Source: an uncultured Pseudomonadota bacterium (GTDB taxonomy: Bacteria > Pseudomonadota > Alphaproteobacteria > Rs-D84 > CACZYB01). Taken from it: DNA of 64,000 nucleotides. Both the position numbers and the translations under genes were made by a program. The notes beneath the pieces are model-generated. The model did not search any database, was not told the DNA's origin, and worked only from the letters and a program-made list of their open reading frames with translations. Each line of letters starts with the position of its first letter. Position 1 is the first letter of the stretch. The DNA is taken from contig CACZYB010000003.1 of NCBI GenBank assembly GCA_902785275.1, forward strand, positions 1 to 64,000, written 5' to 3'. Below, piece by piece: positions 48,539-58,473 of this stretch.

Positions 48539-49117
48539 ATGAAAAGTTTAAAAGGTACACAAACAGAGAAAAATTTACTTATTGCATTTGCCGGTGAATC
48601 ACAAGCAAGAAATAAATACACTTTCTTTGCATCACAAGCAAAAAAAGAAGGATATGTTCAAATTTCCAAGGTTTTTGAAGAAACTGCAAATCAAGAGAAA
48701 GAACATGCAGAAAGATTATTCAAATTCTTGGAAGGTGGACTTGTTCATCTTGAATGGGATTTTCCTGCTGGTGTAATTGGCGATACTGCCGAAAATTTGG
48801 TTGCAGCTGCAAATGGCGAAAAAGAAGAATATACAGAAATGTATCCAAGCTTTGCAAAAACTGCTCGTGAGGAAGGTTTCGAAGAAATTGCAAAAGTTAT
48901 GGGTGCGATAGCTGTTGCTGAAAAACATCACGAAGAAAGATATTTAACTCTTCTTCACGAACTTCAACAAGATGCAACATTCAAAAAATCTGAACGTATT
49001 ATTTGGGAATGTTTAAATTGTGGTTATCTTCACATTGGAACAGAACCACCTGAAAAATGCCCTGCTTGCGATCATGCAAAATCTTACTTTGCAAGAAAAC
49101 GTGAATGTTGGAAATAA
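48539..49117 (+). CDS. rbr: Rubrerythrin
   Basis: [26 protein letters not shown]-terminal CLNC..CPAC rubredoxin domain. Confidence 0.97.
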   Translation: MKSLKGTQTEKNLLIAFAGESQARNKYTFFASQAKKEGYVQISKVFEETANQEKEHAERLFKFLEGGLVHLEWDFPAGVIGDTAENLVAAANGEKEEYTEMYPSFAKTAREEGFEEIAKVMGAIAVAEKHHEERYLTLLHELQQDATFKKSERIIWECLNCGYLHIGTEPPEKCPACDHAKSYFARKRECWK

Positions 49118-49197
49118 TAATACGAAAAAATCTTTTTCCCCATCGTTTGGTGGGGATTTTTTTGATTTTTATCCGAATTTTTGGGAAAAATAAAATT

Positions 49198-49274
49198 TGG
49201 TGTGTCCAAGAGGATTCAAACCTCTGACCTTTGGTTCCGGAAACCAACGCTCTATTCAGCTGAGCTATGGACAC
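49198..49274 (-). tRNA. tRNA-Arg (CCG)
   Basis: GTGTCCA acceptor stem, anticodon arm TTGGT-TTCCGGA-ACCAA, encoded CCA; variant D-loop and T-loop. Confidence 0.93.
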
Positions 49275-49374
49275 AAATTTTTTTCATTATATATCAATCT
49301 TTGTATTTTGCAAAAAAAATTTCCCTTTATTTTAAGAAAATTTGATGATATAATGACAAAAGGTAGGCAAAAAA

Positions 49375-50184
49375 ATGACAAATGCTAAAGTTATTGTTGT
49401 AGGTAATGAAAAAGGTGGAAGTGGAAAATCAACGCTATCCATACACCTTGCTGTATCTTATCTTTACTCTGGATATAAGGTTGCAACAATAGACCTTGAT
49501 GGACGTCAGGGTACTCTTACACACTATATCGAAAATAGGGTTAGATATGCCGAAGAAAATAAACTTGATTTACCTATGCCAGAGCATTTGGTTGTAACTC
49601 CTTCTCAATTTTCAAACAAGCGTAGTTCCGAAGAAGATGAAGAACAGCTTGATGAAGAAATAAAAGATTTAAAAAATGATTATGATATTATAATTATTGA
49701 TACACCGGGAACATTCAGCCATCTTTCTAATGCGGGACATAAAAATGCTGATATTTTGATAACTCCGGTTAATGATAGTTTGGTTGATATTGATGTTATT
49801 GCAAATATCGATCCTAATTCAAAGGAGATTATTTCCGAATCACAGTATACTCAGAATATCCGTGATATTCAAAAGAAACGTGCCGATTTGGGAAAGGATG
49901 AACTTTTTTGGATTGTTTTAAGAAACAGAATTTCTCATATCGATGCAAAAAATAAACGTGAAGTTGACTCAATCCTTAAAAAATTACAGGAAAAACTTGG
50001 CTTTACCTATATTTCCGGTATTGGTGAAAGAGTTGTTTACCGTGAAATGTTTTTAAAAGGATTGACTATTCTTGACCTTTTAAAGATTGATAAGGATGAA
50101 ATTTCTATTTCACATATTGCTGCAAAGAATGAACTTTTGACAGTACTTAACACTATAAATATCCCGCTTAAACAAGATATTTAA
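49375..50184 (+). CDS. mipZ: Division-plane positioning ATPase MipZ
   Basis: [45 protein letters not shown]. Confidence 0.93.
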   Translation: MTNAKVIVVGNEKGGSGKSTLSIHLAVSYLYSGYKVATIDLDGRQGTLTHYIENRVRYAEENKLDLPMPEHLVVTPSQFSNKRSSEEDEEQLDEEIKDLKNDYDIIIIDTPGTFSHLSNAGHKNADILITPVNDSLVDIDVIANIDPNSKEIISESQYTQNIRDIQKKRADLGKDELFWIVLRNRISHIDAKNKREVDSILKKLQEKLGFTYISGIGERVVYREMFLKGLTILDLLKIDKDEISISHIAAKNELLTVLNTINIPLKQDI

Positions 50185-50275
50185 TAAATTTTTATTTAAA
50201 AAACAAAGTTGCTTGGCTTGAAAATAATTTTAGGTCTGTAACTTTTTTTAATTTTAACAAACAAAGGAGATTAAT

Positions 50276-50638
50276 ATGTCAGGCCATATTGTAAAAACGG
50301 CAAAACAAATGGAAAGAAAAGCTCAAGCTTCTGCGGAATACAGAAATCAGGTATCTGTACGAAACATTATGGAAGGAAGAAAGCAAGAAGAAAAAGAACG
50401 AAGAGAAAATGCTTCTTTCTTTGTTTCTGAAATTGAAAGAATAAAAGCCCAATTAAACCGTCTTTCCCAAAGCGATAAGCTAGAAGATAAAATGAGAATT
50501 GGTTACTACAATAAAATGCTTGAAGAATGCACACAAAAAATGGAGAAAAAGTTTTCAAAAGAAGAAATTGAAAAAGCAAGAAAAAAATTTGCAAGTAGAC
50601 CAAATCCATTCTACTTTGGTGGTAACGATGGAAGATAA
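50276..50638 (+). CDS. Hypothetical charged helical protein
   Basis: AAGGAG RBS, host-like codon use. Confidence 0.7.
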   Translation: MSGHIVKTAKQMERKAQASAEYRNQVSVRNIMEGRKQEEKERRENASFFVSEIERIKAQLNRLSQSDKLEDKMRIGYYNKMLEECTQKMEKKFSKEEIEKARKKFASRPNPFYFGGNDGR

Positions 50639-50652
50639 TCAGAGAGGATAAA

Positions 50653-50841
50653 ATGACATCTAAATATTCAGATATTTATAAAAAGGAGTTTTTACAAGCA
50701 CTTGATGAAAAATGTAAGGAATGTACCGCTATTATGAACGGTGAAATTTTTCCAGAAGTATTTATGGGAAATGACTTTTATTCAAAAAGATTTAAATTTT
50801 TTAGTGAAATAAAAGAACAAGCGCTTAAAAAATCAAAATAA
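50653..50841 (+). CDS. Small hypothetical protein
   Basis: GAGGA RBS; followed by a terminator. Confidence 0.65.
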   Translation: MTSKYSDIYKKEFLQALDEKCKECTAIMNGEIFPEVFMGNDFYSKRFKFFSEIKEQALKKSK

Positions 50842-50872
50842 AAAAGACGGGTTTTGAGGCCCGCCTTTTTTT
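50841..50872. terminator. Bidirectional terminator
   Basis: A-run, CGGG/CCCG-centred hairpin and T-run between convergent genes. Confidence 0.7.
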
Positions 50873-50885
50873 ATAGAAGAAAAGA

Positions 50886-51353
50886 TTATTTTGTTTTTTC
50901 ATTCAACTTTGACGCAATAGAGTTTTGCATTTTTGTAGAATCACTTAAAAGCATTATCATTTTATTTTGATTAAAAACTATATCAAGGTCTGAACCTTTT
51001 CTTAAAATATTATAAATTGCAGTTATAAAATTAATATTGCCAGTATTCTTAGTAATTACCTTCTTTGAAAAAGAAAGAAGTATATTCTTTTCAAAATTTT
51101 CCATATCTGTATCTGGATTAATATAACTTTTTTGCTTGTTCATATATGCACAAATCAAGTAGTAAGCAATATAAAAATTATCATTATTTTTTCTGTTAAG
51201 CAATGATGATATTTCAATAATATCAAGTCTTGCCCTATCATCAAGTTTAAGTAAAGATGAAGATAATTTTGCAATATCATTTTCTGAAACTACATCTTTT
51301 TTACCAGAAACAGAATCAAAATCTCCATCCTTTAAAATAAAAGTATTTTCCAT
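50886..51353 (-). CDS. Hypothetical protein
   Basis: 155-aa ORF starting 17 bp downstream of the dehydrogenase. Confidence 0.7.
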   Translation of the reverse strand: MENTFILKDGDFDSVSGKKDVVSENDIAKLSSSLLKLDDRARLDIIEISSLLNRKNNDNFYIAYYLICAYMNKQKSYINPDTDMENFEKNILLSFSKKVITKNTGNINFITAIYNILRKGSDLDIVFNQNKMIMLLSDSTKMQNSIASKLNEKTK

Positions 51354-51370
51354 TTTTTATCCGATAAATC

Positions 51371-52399
51371 TTAGAATGTAATTTTCTTTCCTTTATTCAT
51401 AGCATCAACTATACCACAAAGGAGTGTTAATGAAGAAATTGCTTCTTTTTCAGAAATAAGGAATGGTTTTCCATCAAGCAATGTTTCTGCAATACTTTTA
51501 TAGTATGGTGTATGACCCTTTCCATAAACAGAATCAACATCATAAGAAACATCACAGAATTGTTCAACATCACCTTCAAATTTCCAATCAAGAATCTTAT
51601 TTAATGCAACACCACCAATTTTTACCAAACCTTTTTCACCGATTATAGTAATACTTCCTTCATAATTTTCATTATAAGTAAGTACGGAAAGGTTAAGGTT
51701 ACCAATTGTATTATTTTTCCATTCAATAATTGTTGAACCACAATCTTCGGTTTCAATCTTTCTTTCCCTTGTTTTACCAAGAGTATAGATTGATTTAAGT
51801 GGGCTTTTTGCAAACCAGTTCATTATATCAGTATAGTGAGAAGCCTGTGTAATAAAGGCACCACCATCAATTTTTTTAGAACCATGCCATGCAGGATTTT
51901 TATAATAATCATCGTCACGATACCAAAAAACATTAGATGTAATCATATAAATTTTACCAAATGCACCAGCATCTAATGCCTTTTTAACACATTGAATTGT
52001 TGGGTTAAAACGATTTTGGTGAATAAGGAAAACGTGTTTACCCTTCTTTTTTGCAAGATTTATAAGTTTTTTACCTTCGGATAGACAAAGTGTTAAAGGT
52101 TTTTCAACGATAACATTTATACCTGCCTTTAAAACCTTTCTTGCATTTTCATAGTGAAAGCCATTTGGTGTACAAACACTTACACAGTCAAGCTTTTCAA
52201 ACTTAAGCATATCATCAATATTTGTATAAGGAATGGCACCAGTTTTTTGTTGAGCCTTCTGTAAATTTGTTGGATTTATATCACAAACAGCAGCAATTTC
52301 CATAGTTTCGCTATTGTTTTTAATTGCATCGAAATGACAATCGGAAATTCGTCCACAACCAACAATTCCCATTCTTAGTTTTTGCATTTTAGCCTCCAT
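51371..52399 (-). CDS. Gfo/Idh/MocA oxidoreductase, WbpB/WlbA-like nucleotide-sugar 3-dehydrogenase
   Basis: VGCGRIS, TPNG.H, EKP, QNRFN, W.G...DGGA..QASHY.D. Confidence 0.85.
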   Translation of the reverse strand: MEAKMQKLRMGIVGCGRISDCHFDAIKNNSETMEIAAVCDINPTNLQKAQQKTGAIPYTNIDDMLKFEKLDCVSVCTPNGFHYENARKVLKAGINVIVEKPLTLCLSEGKKLINLAKKKGKHVFLIHQNRFNPTIQCVKKALDAGAFGKIYMITSNVFWYRDDDYYKNPAWHGSKKIDGGAFITQASHYTDIMNWFAKSPLKSIYTLGKTRERKIETEDCGSTIIEWKNNTIGNLNLSVLTYNENYEGSITIIGEKGLVKIGGVALNKILDWKFEGDVEQFCDVSYDVDSVYGKGHTPYYKSIAETLLDGKPFLISEKEAISSLTLLCGIVDAMNKGKKITF

Positions 52400-52500
52400 T
52401 GCTGCCGTATTATATCATATAAAATCTAAAAGTAAACGAAATTTTAAAGAACGAAAAAACCTCCCAATCGGGAGGCATTTTTCAAACTTTTAAAGCAAAA

Positions 52501-52743
52501 TTAAACATTAAGAGCTGTTCTGTAAAGTTCTGTTACTTCATCAAGTTCAGATCTATCTGCTTCGTCAAGCTTCTTAAGTCTTAAAACAACTCTCATAATT
52601 TTAGGATCATAACCAGTTGCTTTTGCTTCTGCATAAATTTCACGAATATCACTACGGATATTTGCCATTTCTTCTTCTAATCTTTCGATTCTATCCATAA
52701 AACTTGAAAGTTCATCTGCGCGGATTCCGTCTGTTTGTGCCAT
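52501..52743 (-). CDS. gapR: Nucleoid-associated protein GapR (DUF2312)
   Basis: L..F..RIERLEEE..DI.E.YAEAK..GYD.KIMR..LY..AL. Confidence 0.95.
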   Translation of the reverse strand: MAQTDGIRADELSSFMDRIERLEEEMANIRSDIREIYAEAKATGYDPKIMRVVLRLKKLDEADRSELDEVTELYRTALNV

Positions 52744-52881
52744 TTACATCTCCTTTTTTTGTAAAAGTTAATAAAAATAAGTTGTAAAACTTAAAATATA
52801 ATGTATTATATTATCCATAAAATTACTTAACTCAAGTAAAAAAATAAAAAAAATAACTAATAAACAAAAAAGGATATAAAA

Positions 52882-54333
52882 ATGGAATTAAAAAATCTTG
52901 ATAACAATTATAGATTTACAAAGATTGTTGCCACAATCGGACCTTCTACTGAAGAGTACGAAAATCTTAAGGCTGTTATAGAAGCAGGCGTTAACGTTTG
53001 CCGTCTTAACTTCTCTCATGGTACACATGAAGATCACAAAAAAAGATTTGATAACATTAAAAGAATCGAAAAAGAATTAGGTAGAAGAATTGGTATTCTT
53101 GCTGATATGCAAGGTCCAAAACTTCGTGTTGGTAAATTTAAGAACGAATTCGAAATTTTGGAAGATGGTCAAGAATTTTCATTTGATAACAGTGAAGAAC
53201 TTGGCGATAAAACACGTGTTCAACTTCCAAACGTTGCAATTCTTGACGCATTAAAAGTTGGTGATTATGTTCTTATCAACGATGGTAAAATCAAAGTTCA
53301 AGTTATTGAAAAAACTGCTGGCTCTGTTAAAACAAAAGTTATCGTTGGCGGTAAAATTTCTGATAGAAAAGGTTTCAACCTTCCAAATACAGTTGTAAAT
53401 CTTCCTGTTTTCACAGAAAAAGATTTGTCTGATTTGGAATTTGCTCTTTCACTTGGCGTTGATTGGATCGCTGCATCATTCGTTCAAACACCTGATGATG
53501 TTCGTTATGCAAAGAAAATCATCAATGGTCGTGCATCATTGGTATGTAAGATTGAAAAACCTACTGCTGCTATTGATTACCTTGAAGAAATCGTTGATTT
53601 AGCTGATGGTATCATGGTTGCTCGTGGTGACTTGGGTGTTGAAGTTGAACCACAAATGGTTCCAATGCTTCAAAAGAGAATGATTAAACTTTGCCGTGAA
53701 AAGAGAAAACCAGTTATCGTTGCAACACATATGTTGGAATCAATGATCGATAACACATTCCCAACACGTGCCGAAGCATCTGACGTTGCAAACGCAGTTT
53801 ACGAATGCACAGATTGTGTTATGCTTTCTGCTGAAACAGCTCAAGGTAAATACCCAACAGACGCTGTAAAGATGATGTCTTCTATCATCAGACAAGTAGA
53901 AGCTGATCCTGAATACAGAAACTATATCTCAACATACACAAAAGATTTAAAAGAAAATACTTTGGGTGATGTTATGACTTCTGTTGCTGCTGATATCACA
54001 AACAAAACAGATGCAAAAGCTGTATTCGCTTACACAACATCTGGTACAACTGCTATCAACCTTTCAAAGCATAAACCACATGCTCCTATTATCGCTGTTA
54101 CAACAGAAGATAAAGTTGCAGGTCGTTTGACACTTTGCTGGGGTGTAACACCAAAAGTTGTTGAATCAACAGATTCAGACAAGATTGATGACCTTTCAAG
54201 AACTGTTGCAAAAGATCTTAAACTTGCAAAAGAAGGTGATGAACTTGTTCTTACATTTGGTAAAGGTACTGCTACTGCAAAATCTATCTTTACAGAAGGT
54301 GCAACAACTCTTGTAAGTGTTATCAAAGCATAA
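52882..54333 (+). CDS. pyk: Pyruvate kinase
   Basis: TKIVATIGP, RLNFSHG, KIEK, MVARGDLGVE, PTRAE. Confidence 0.99.
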   Translation: MELKNLDNNYRFTKIVATIGPSTEEYENLKAVIEAGVNVCRLNFSHGTHEDHKKRFDNIKRIEKELGRRIGILADMQGPKLRVGKFKNEFEILEDGQEFSFDNSEELGDKTRVQLPNVAILDALKVGDYVLINDGKIKVQVIEKTAGSVKTKVIVGGKISDRKGFNLPNTVVNLPVFTEKDLSDLEFALSLGVDWIAASFVQTPDDVRYAKKIINGRASLVCKIEKPTAAIDYLEEIVDLADGIMVARGDLGVEVEPQMVPMLQKRMIKLCREKRKPVIVATHMLESMIDNTFPTRAEASDVANAVYECTDCVMLSAETAQGKYPTDAVKMMSSIIRQVEADPEYRNYISTYTKDLKENTLGDVMTSVAADITNKTDAKAVFAYTTSGTTAINLSKHKPHAPIIAVTTEDKVAGRLTLCWGVTPKVVESTDSDKIDDLSRTVAKDLKLAKEGDELVLTFGKGTATAKSIFTEGATTLVSVIKA

Positions 54334-54354
54334 TATTTGATAGAGTAAAAAATG

Positions 54355-54386
54355 TCCCCTTTGATTTTTTCAAGGGGGATTTTTTT
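54355..54386 (+). terminator. Intrinsic terminator after pyk
   Basis: TCCCCTTTGA/TCAAGGGGGA stem with a T-run. Confidence 0.8.
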
Positions 54387-54593
54387 ATGCCTGTTTCTTA
54401 TCATTAAGTATTTTTCAAAGGATATTTTCCCCTATCGGTGTATGAATTATTTGATTGGTAAATGGTAATATTATTATTGTGTGGGTTGTAATAGGATAAG
54501 TAGTTTTGGTAAATAAAGTTTAAAGTATCTGGTTTATATTAGATAAAAAAATCCCCGCCGAAACGGGGAGAGGTAAATTTATGAAAAATATCT

Positions 54594-56555
54594 TTAGTTA
54601 AATACTTTCCAATTCAATTTTTTAACTTCGCCTTCCTGCATAAGGATTGAACCACCACCAGCAGGGTTACCAAGATAACACGCACCAGTCATAACTTCAC
54701 GGTTTGCGTCAGCAGAAAGCTTGCTTGTTATCAAAGTAGTTGCACCGGTAAGTAAAGTTTGTGTTCCAGTTGACATCACATTTTGTAATGCAGTAGAACT
54801 TTGTTCCTTTAGCTCCTCAACTTCTTTTTTCTTCTTATTCAAAGAATCTTGGTTAGTCTTATATGCAGACAATGTTTTGTTATATTTATCTTGCTCTTCT
54901 GTTGTAATTAATTCATTCAACGCTCTGGAAGCAGCCATTGCATCTTTTGCATTGCCTTTAATATTAGCAATATCTTGTTGTATTCGACTAACACCATTTT
55001 TATCGCCATCAGTCAACTTTATATATTTATTATAAGATTTATCAAATCTACACTTTGACTCATCCTTAGCGCAAAGGTAACCAGTTCTGCCATTTTCAGT
55101 AAATTCATGACATCTAGAGTTAGCATTGCAACCTTTATTCTCATTACAAAACTTTGTATATGCAGATGCTTCATCTGTAACAGAACCTTCTCTATAATAT
55201 AAAGCAGAACCTCCTAATTCGCCTGACGAACAGAATTCCGAACCACCACCACTAGATAAGTTTTGATTCATAATTGACTGTAACATATTAGCCTTAGCTG
55301 TTCCAGCATAAATAGACATGAATTGATTATCAGCTTGTTCTTGTTCAGCTTTTCTCTTCAATTCATCAAGGTTACCTTTTGTCCTGATAAGTTCAGAAAG
55401 TTTTTCTGCTTTCTTTATATCGTTTGATTTTTCGATAAGGACAAGACATGTCTTTCCACCTTCAAATTTAAAGCTGGAATCAGAACATAGTGTAACATTA
55501 CTAATACCAACAGGTTGTTTGTCATATGTTGGACGTGATGAACTATTAAATGTTCCACCACATTTATCATTATCAACCCCCTTCTTTAAGCAATACTTTG
55601 CATTGTTATCATCGCTTCCGATATAACCGCCGGTGCAATTTTCATCCTTGCCTATACCTGAACCCTTTTCACCATAATCATAAGTCGCACAGACATATTT
55701 TTCAGTTAAGTCAGTTCCGTTAAATTCGTACCAAGCATCGGTTTTATAAGCGCCTGCACGTTTTGCTTCACGTGATGCCTTTACCGCCTGGAATGCCTGT
55801 ACACCGGTATTCAAAAGACCAGTTCCAAGTTGGATACCAGATTGGATAAGTGCAATTTTATCCTCTGCCTTCATTTCAGGTTTGAATTCCAAATCTTGTT
55901 GGCTTAGACCAAAGTTTGCATAGGTACATGTAAATGTTGTACCAACTGATACAGACTTTGGTGTGGATAACTTTGAATGTTTACCATCAGCAGATCTTGC
56001 GAAATAGTAAATATCAAGTTTACATGTTTCGCCAGAAACTTTACCACCTGCTTCTTTACAACTTTCAGAGAAAGATTCTTTAATCTTTGCAATAACCTTT
56101 TGTTTTGCAACGGTACGAACAGTTTCGGATGATGCAGATTTAAGGTAAGTTTGGCAATTTGTATTTCCAGCATAGAATGTTTCGATATTTGATGTTCTGA
56201 AACATTTTTCGTATGCGATATCGCCAGCACATTGTGCACTTATGCAACTTAACAAATTTGATTGTAAATTTGAGATTTCGGTTGCTTCATCCACTGTGGA
56301 AGAAGAAGAGCTGGATGATGAAGTGGAAGATGAAGTACCACGACGCGATGTGGAGGTATTTGATGCGCGTTCTTCGGAAACCTCATCAAAAGAAACAGCA
56401 TCTGCTACTTTTTTGGATTTCTTTTTTGATGAACTTTTTTTCTTTGATGAACTCTTCTTTTTTGCCTTTTTGGCGAATGTGTAATCATTTGGGAAAACAA
56501 GTGCCCCAGCCAAAATCAAGCTTAAAATAGCGAGAAAACTACTCCTACTCTTCAT
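54594..56555 (-). CDS. Large secreted Cys-rich protein with K/S-rich N-terminus
   Basis: Signal peptide, KKAKKKSSSKKK tract, poly-Ser, many Cys. Start after GGAGG at 56555. Confidence 0.8.
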   Translation of the reverse strand: MKSRSSFLAILSLILAGALVFPNDYTFAKKAKKKSSSKKKSSSKKKSKKVADAVSFDEVSEERASNTSTSRRGTSSSTSSSSSSSSTVDEATEISNLQSNLLSCISAQCAGDIAYEKCFRTSNIETFYAGNTNCQTYLKSASSETVRTVAKQKVIAKIKESFSESCKEAGGKVSGETCKLDIYYFARSADGKHSKLSTPKSVSVGTTFTCTYANFGLSQQDLEFKPEMKAEDKIALIQSGIQLGTGLLNTGVQAFQAVKASREAKRAGAYKTDAWYEFNGTDLTEKYVCATYDYGEKGSGIGKDENCTGGYIGSDDNNAKYCLKKGVDNDKCGGTFNSSSRPTYDKQPVGISNVTLCSDSSFKFEGGKTCLVLIEKSNDIKKAEKLSELIRTKGNLDELKRKAEQEQADNQFMSIYAGTAKANMLQSIMNQNLSSGGGSEFCSSGELGGSALYYREGSVTDEASAYTKFCNENKGCNANSRCHEFTENGRTGYLCAKDESKCRFDKSYNKYIKLTDGDKNGVSRIQQDIANIKGNAKDAMAASRALNELITTEEQDKYNKTLSAYKTNQDSLNKKKKEVEELKEQSSTALQNVMSTGTQTLLTGATTLITSKLSADANREVMTGACYLGNPAGGGSILMQEGEVKKLNWKVFN

Positions 56556-56689
56556 AATATCCTCCATAACTTACTTCAAGTTTAGCACTTTTTTCAAGAA
56601 TATTCAAGTGTTTTTATTGATTTTTTTATGGAGTAAAGAGGGTGTGAATTGTGATAATTTACCCCTTTTTATGAACTGGATATTAATAT

Positions 56690-56721
56690 AAAAAAATCCC
56701 CCAATGTTATTTTGGAGGATT
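56690..56721 (-). terminator. Terminator after fabZ
   Basis: AATCCCCCAA/TTGGAGGATT imperfect stem with a U-run on the minus strand. Confidence 0.6.
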
Positions 56722-56741
56722 AATTGGTATAAAAAGAAAAA

Positions 56742-57197
56742 TTATATGCTTTTCTTTCCTGTCTTCATAGCGCTTAGCATTGCAGAAACACAAAGTTTAT
56801 CATCAACGTAAACTTCGGCTTGCCATTTTTCGAATGGGCCACGTTCAGCAACCTTTTCAACATGGATGTGAAGTTGATCGCCTGGAATTACCCTGTTTTT
56901 AAACTTTGCATTATCAATACCTGTAAGAAGTACGATTTGCCCCTTTGATTCCTCAGAATCTCCGGTTGAACCAACCAAAACAGCAGTTTGGCACATTGCT
57001 TCTAACATTAAAACACCAGGCATTGTTGGAGTTGTTGGGAAATGTCCGTTAAAAAATTCCTCATTTACAGTAACATTTTTTATTCCTGTACCTGATTTTC
57101 CTGGGGTAATATCGATAACCCTATCAACCATTAAAAATGGGTAACGATGAGGAAGAATTTTTTTTATCTCATCAATATACATTATTTTATTTTCCAT
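56742..57197 (-). CDS. fabZ: 3-hydroxyacyl-ACP dehydratase
   Basis: LPHRYPFLMVDR, FFNGHFP..P.MPGVL.LEAM.Q. Start MENK at 57197 after GAGG. Confidence 0.97.
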   Translation of the reverse strand: MENKIMYIDEIKKILPHRYPFLMVDRVIDITPGKSGTGIKNVTVNEEFFNGHFPTTPTMPGVLMLEAMCQTAVLVGSTGDSEESKGQIVLLTGIDNAKFKNRVIPGDQLHIHVEKVAERGPFEKWQAEVYVDDKLCVSAMLSAMKTGKKSI

Positions 57198-57288
57198 AAT
57201 CACCTCTTTTTTGAATATGAAGTATAATTTATTCCTTGTCGAAATAAAACGCAAGTTATTTTTACAGGATTATATACCTTTTTAAATT

Positions 57289-58353
57289 TTACTTGGCACT
57301 TTTCTTTTTAAGCATACGGCGAAGAAGCGCAGTTTGCTTTAGAAAATCCCCAACTGGCATTGCTGGATAACCACTTACTTTTGAACCAGCAGGAAGGTTT
57401 TGTATAACACCACCGCGGGCTCCTATTTCAACACCATCACCAATAGTTAGGTGGCCAGAGATACCAGCACCAGCACCAACTAAAACCCAATTACCGATAG
57501 TTGTGGAACCTGCGACACCGCACATACCAGCGAAAATACAGTTTTGACCAGTTTTTACATTGTGTCCTATTTGAACGAGGTTATCAATCTTTGTACCTTT
57601 GCCAATAACTGTATCACCAATCGCACCACGGTCAATCGCACTATTGATACCTACGTCAACATTGTCTTCAAGTACGACACGTCCTAGTTGTGGTACCCAG
57701 ATGTGGCCAAATCTGCCACTGTGCCAACCGAATCCATTACCACCTATAACACTTTGTTCACCGATATTTACATTGTTGCCAAGGATGGCGTGGCTTACTA
57801 CGGCATTTTCCTTTATGGTACAATTATCGCCAAGTATTACACCAGTTTTGATTTTTGCACCGGACCCGATATAGCAATTTTCACCTATTTCGACACCCTC
57901 TTCTATCACTGCAAATGGACCAATGTGAACGGAATCACGATTTTTGAACTTTACAGATGGAGCAACAAAAGCCATATCAGAGATACCGTTTTTCTTTGTA
58001 TTTTTATCCTCATAAAACTTATAAGTTAGATTTATAAATGCAAGCTTTGGATCATCTGTGATTGCGGGGATTATACCAGCGGGAAGGAAAGGTAAATCCT
58101 TTTCAGAAATAAAGCAAGCACAAGCAGTAATGTACTTTAATTTTTCCTTGTATTCTGCAGATTTATCAAGTGCAGAACTTACGGCATTACCCAGGGATAA
58201 GAAAATCATACTTTCCTTATCTGACTTTTCAAGAGATCCGAGATTTTTAATTTCAACGGATGCAAACTTTTCATCAATTTTTGCACCGGTAATTTTTGCA
58301 ACTTCGCCAAGGGTTATTGATTTTGTAACGTTATAAAATCTTTCCATTTCCAT
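57289..58353 (-). CDS. lpxD: UDP-3-O-acylglucosamine N-acyltransferase
   Basis: Hexapeptide repeats, GFG, PQLGRV, IDRGA..DT, KIDNLVQIGHN. Confidence 0.96.
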   Translation of the reverse strand: MEMERFYNVTKSITLGEVAKITGAKIDEKFASVEIKNLGSLEKSDKESMIFLSLGNAVSSALDKSAEYKEKLKYITACACFISEKDLPFLPAGIIPAITDDPKLAFINLTYKFYEDKNTKKNGISDMAFVAPSVKFKNRDSVHIGPFAVIEEGVEIGENCYIGSGAKIKTGVILGDNCTIKENAVVSHAILGNNVNIGEQSVIGGNGFGWHSGRFGHIWVPQLGRVVLEDNVDVGINSAIDRGAIGDTVIGKGTKIDNLVQIGHNVKTGQNCIFAGMCGVAGSTTIGNWVLVGAGAGISGHLTIGDGVEIGARGGVIQNLPAGSKVSGYPAMPVGDFLKQTALLRRMLKKKSAK

Positions 58354-58473
58354 AGTGGAGCTCCTTTAACTTTTAAATTATCATAGGCTAATTATAATAA
58401 AAAATAGGCCTTTTTACAAGACCTATTTTTCCATTGAATCAAATTCATTTAAATTTTACTTATACCCCCTATT

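Noticed and set aside
48999-49388. ORFs 48999-49274 (-) and 49197-49388 (+)
   Set aside because: They are translations of tRNA-Arg and its reverse complement.
56290-56470. Short tandem nucleotide repeats in the large secreted protein
   Set aside because: They simply encode the poly-Ser and KKKSSS tracts; not an array or contingency locus.
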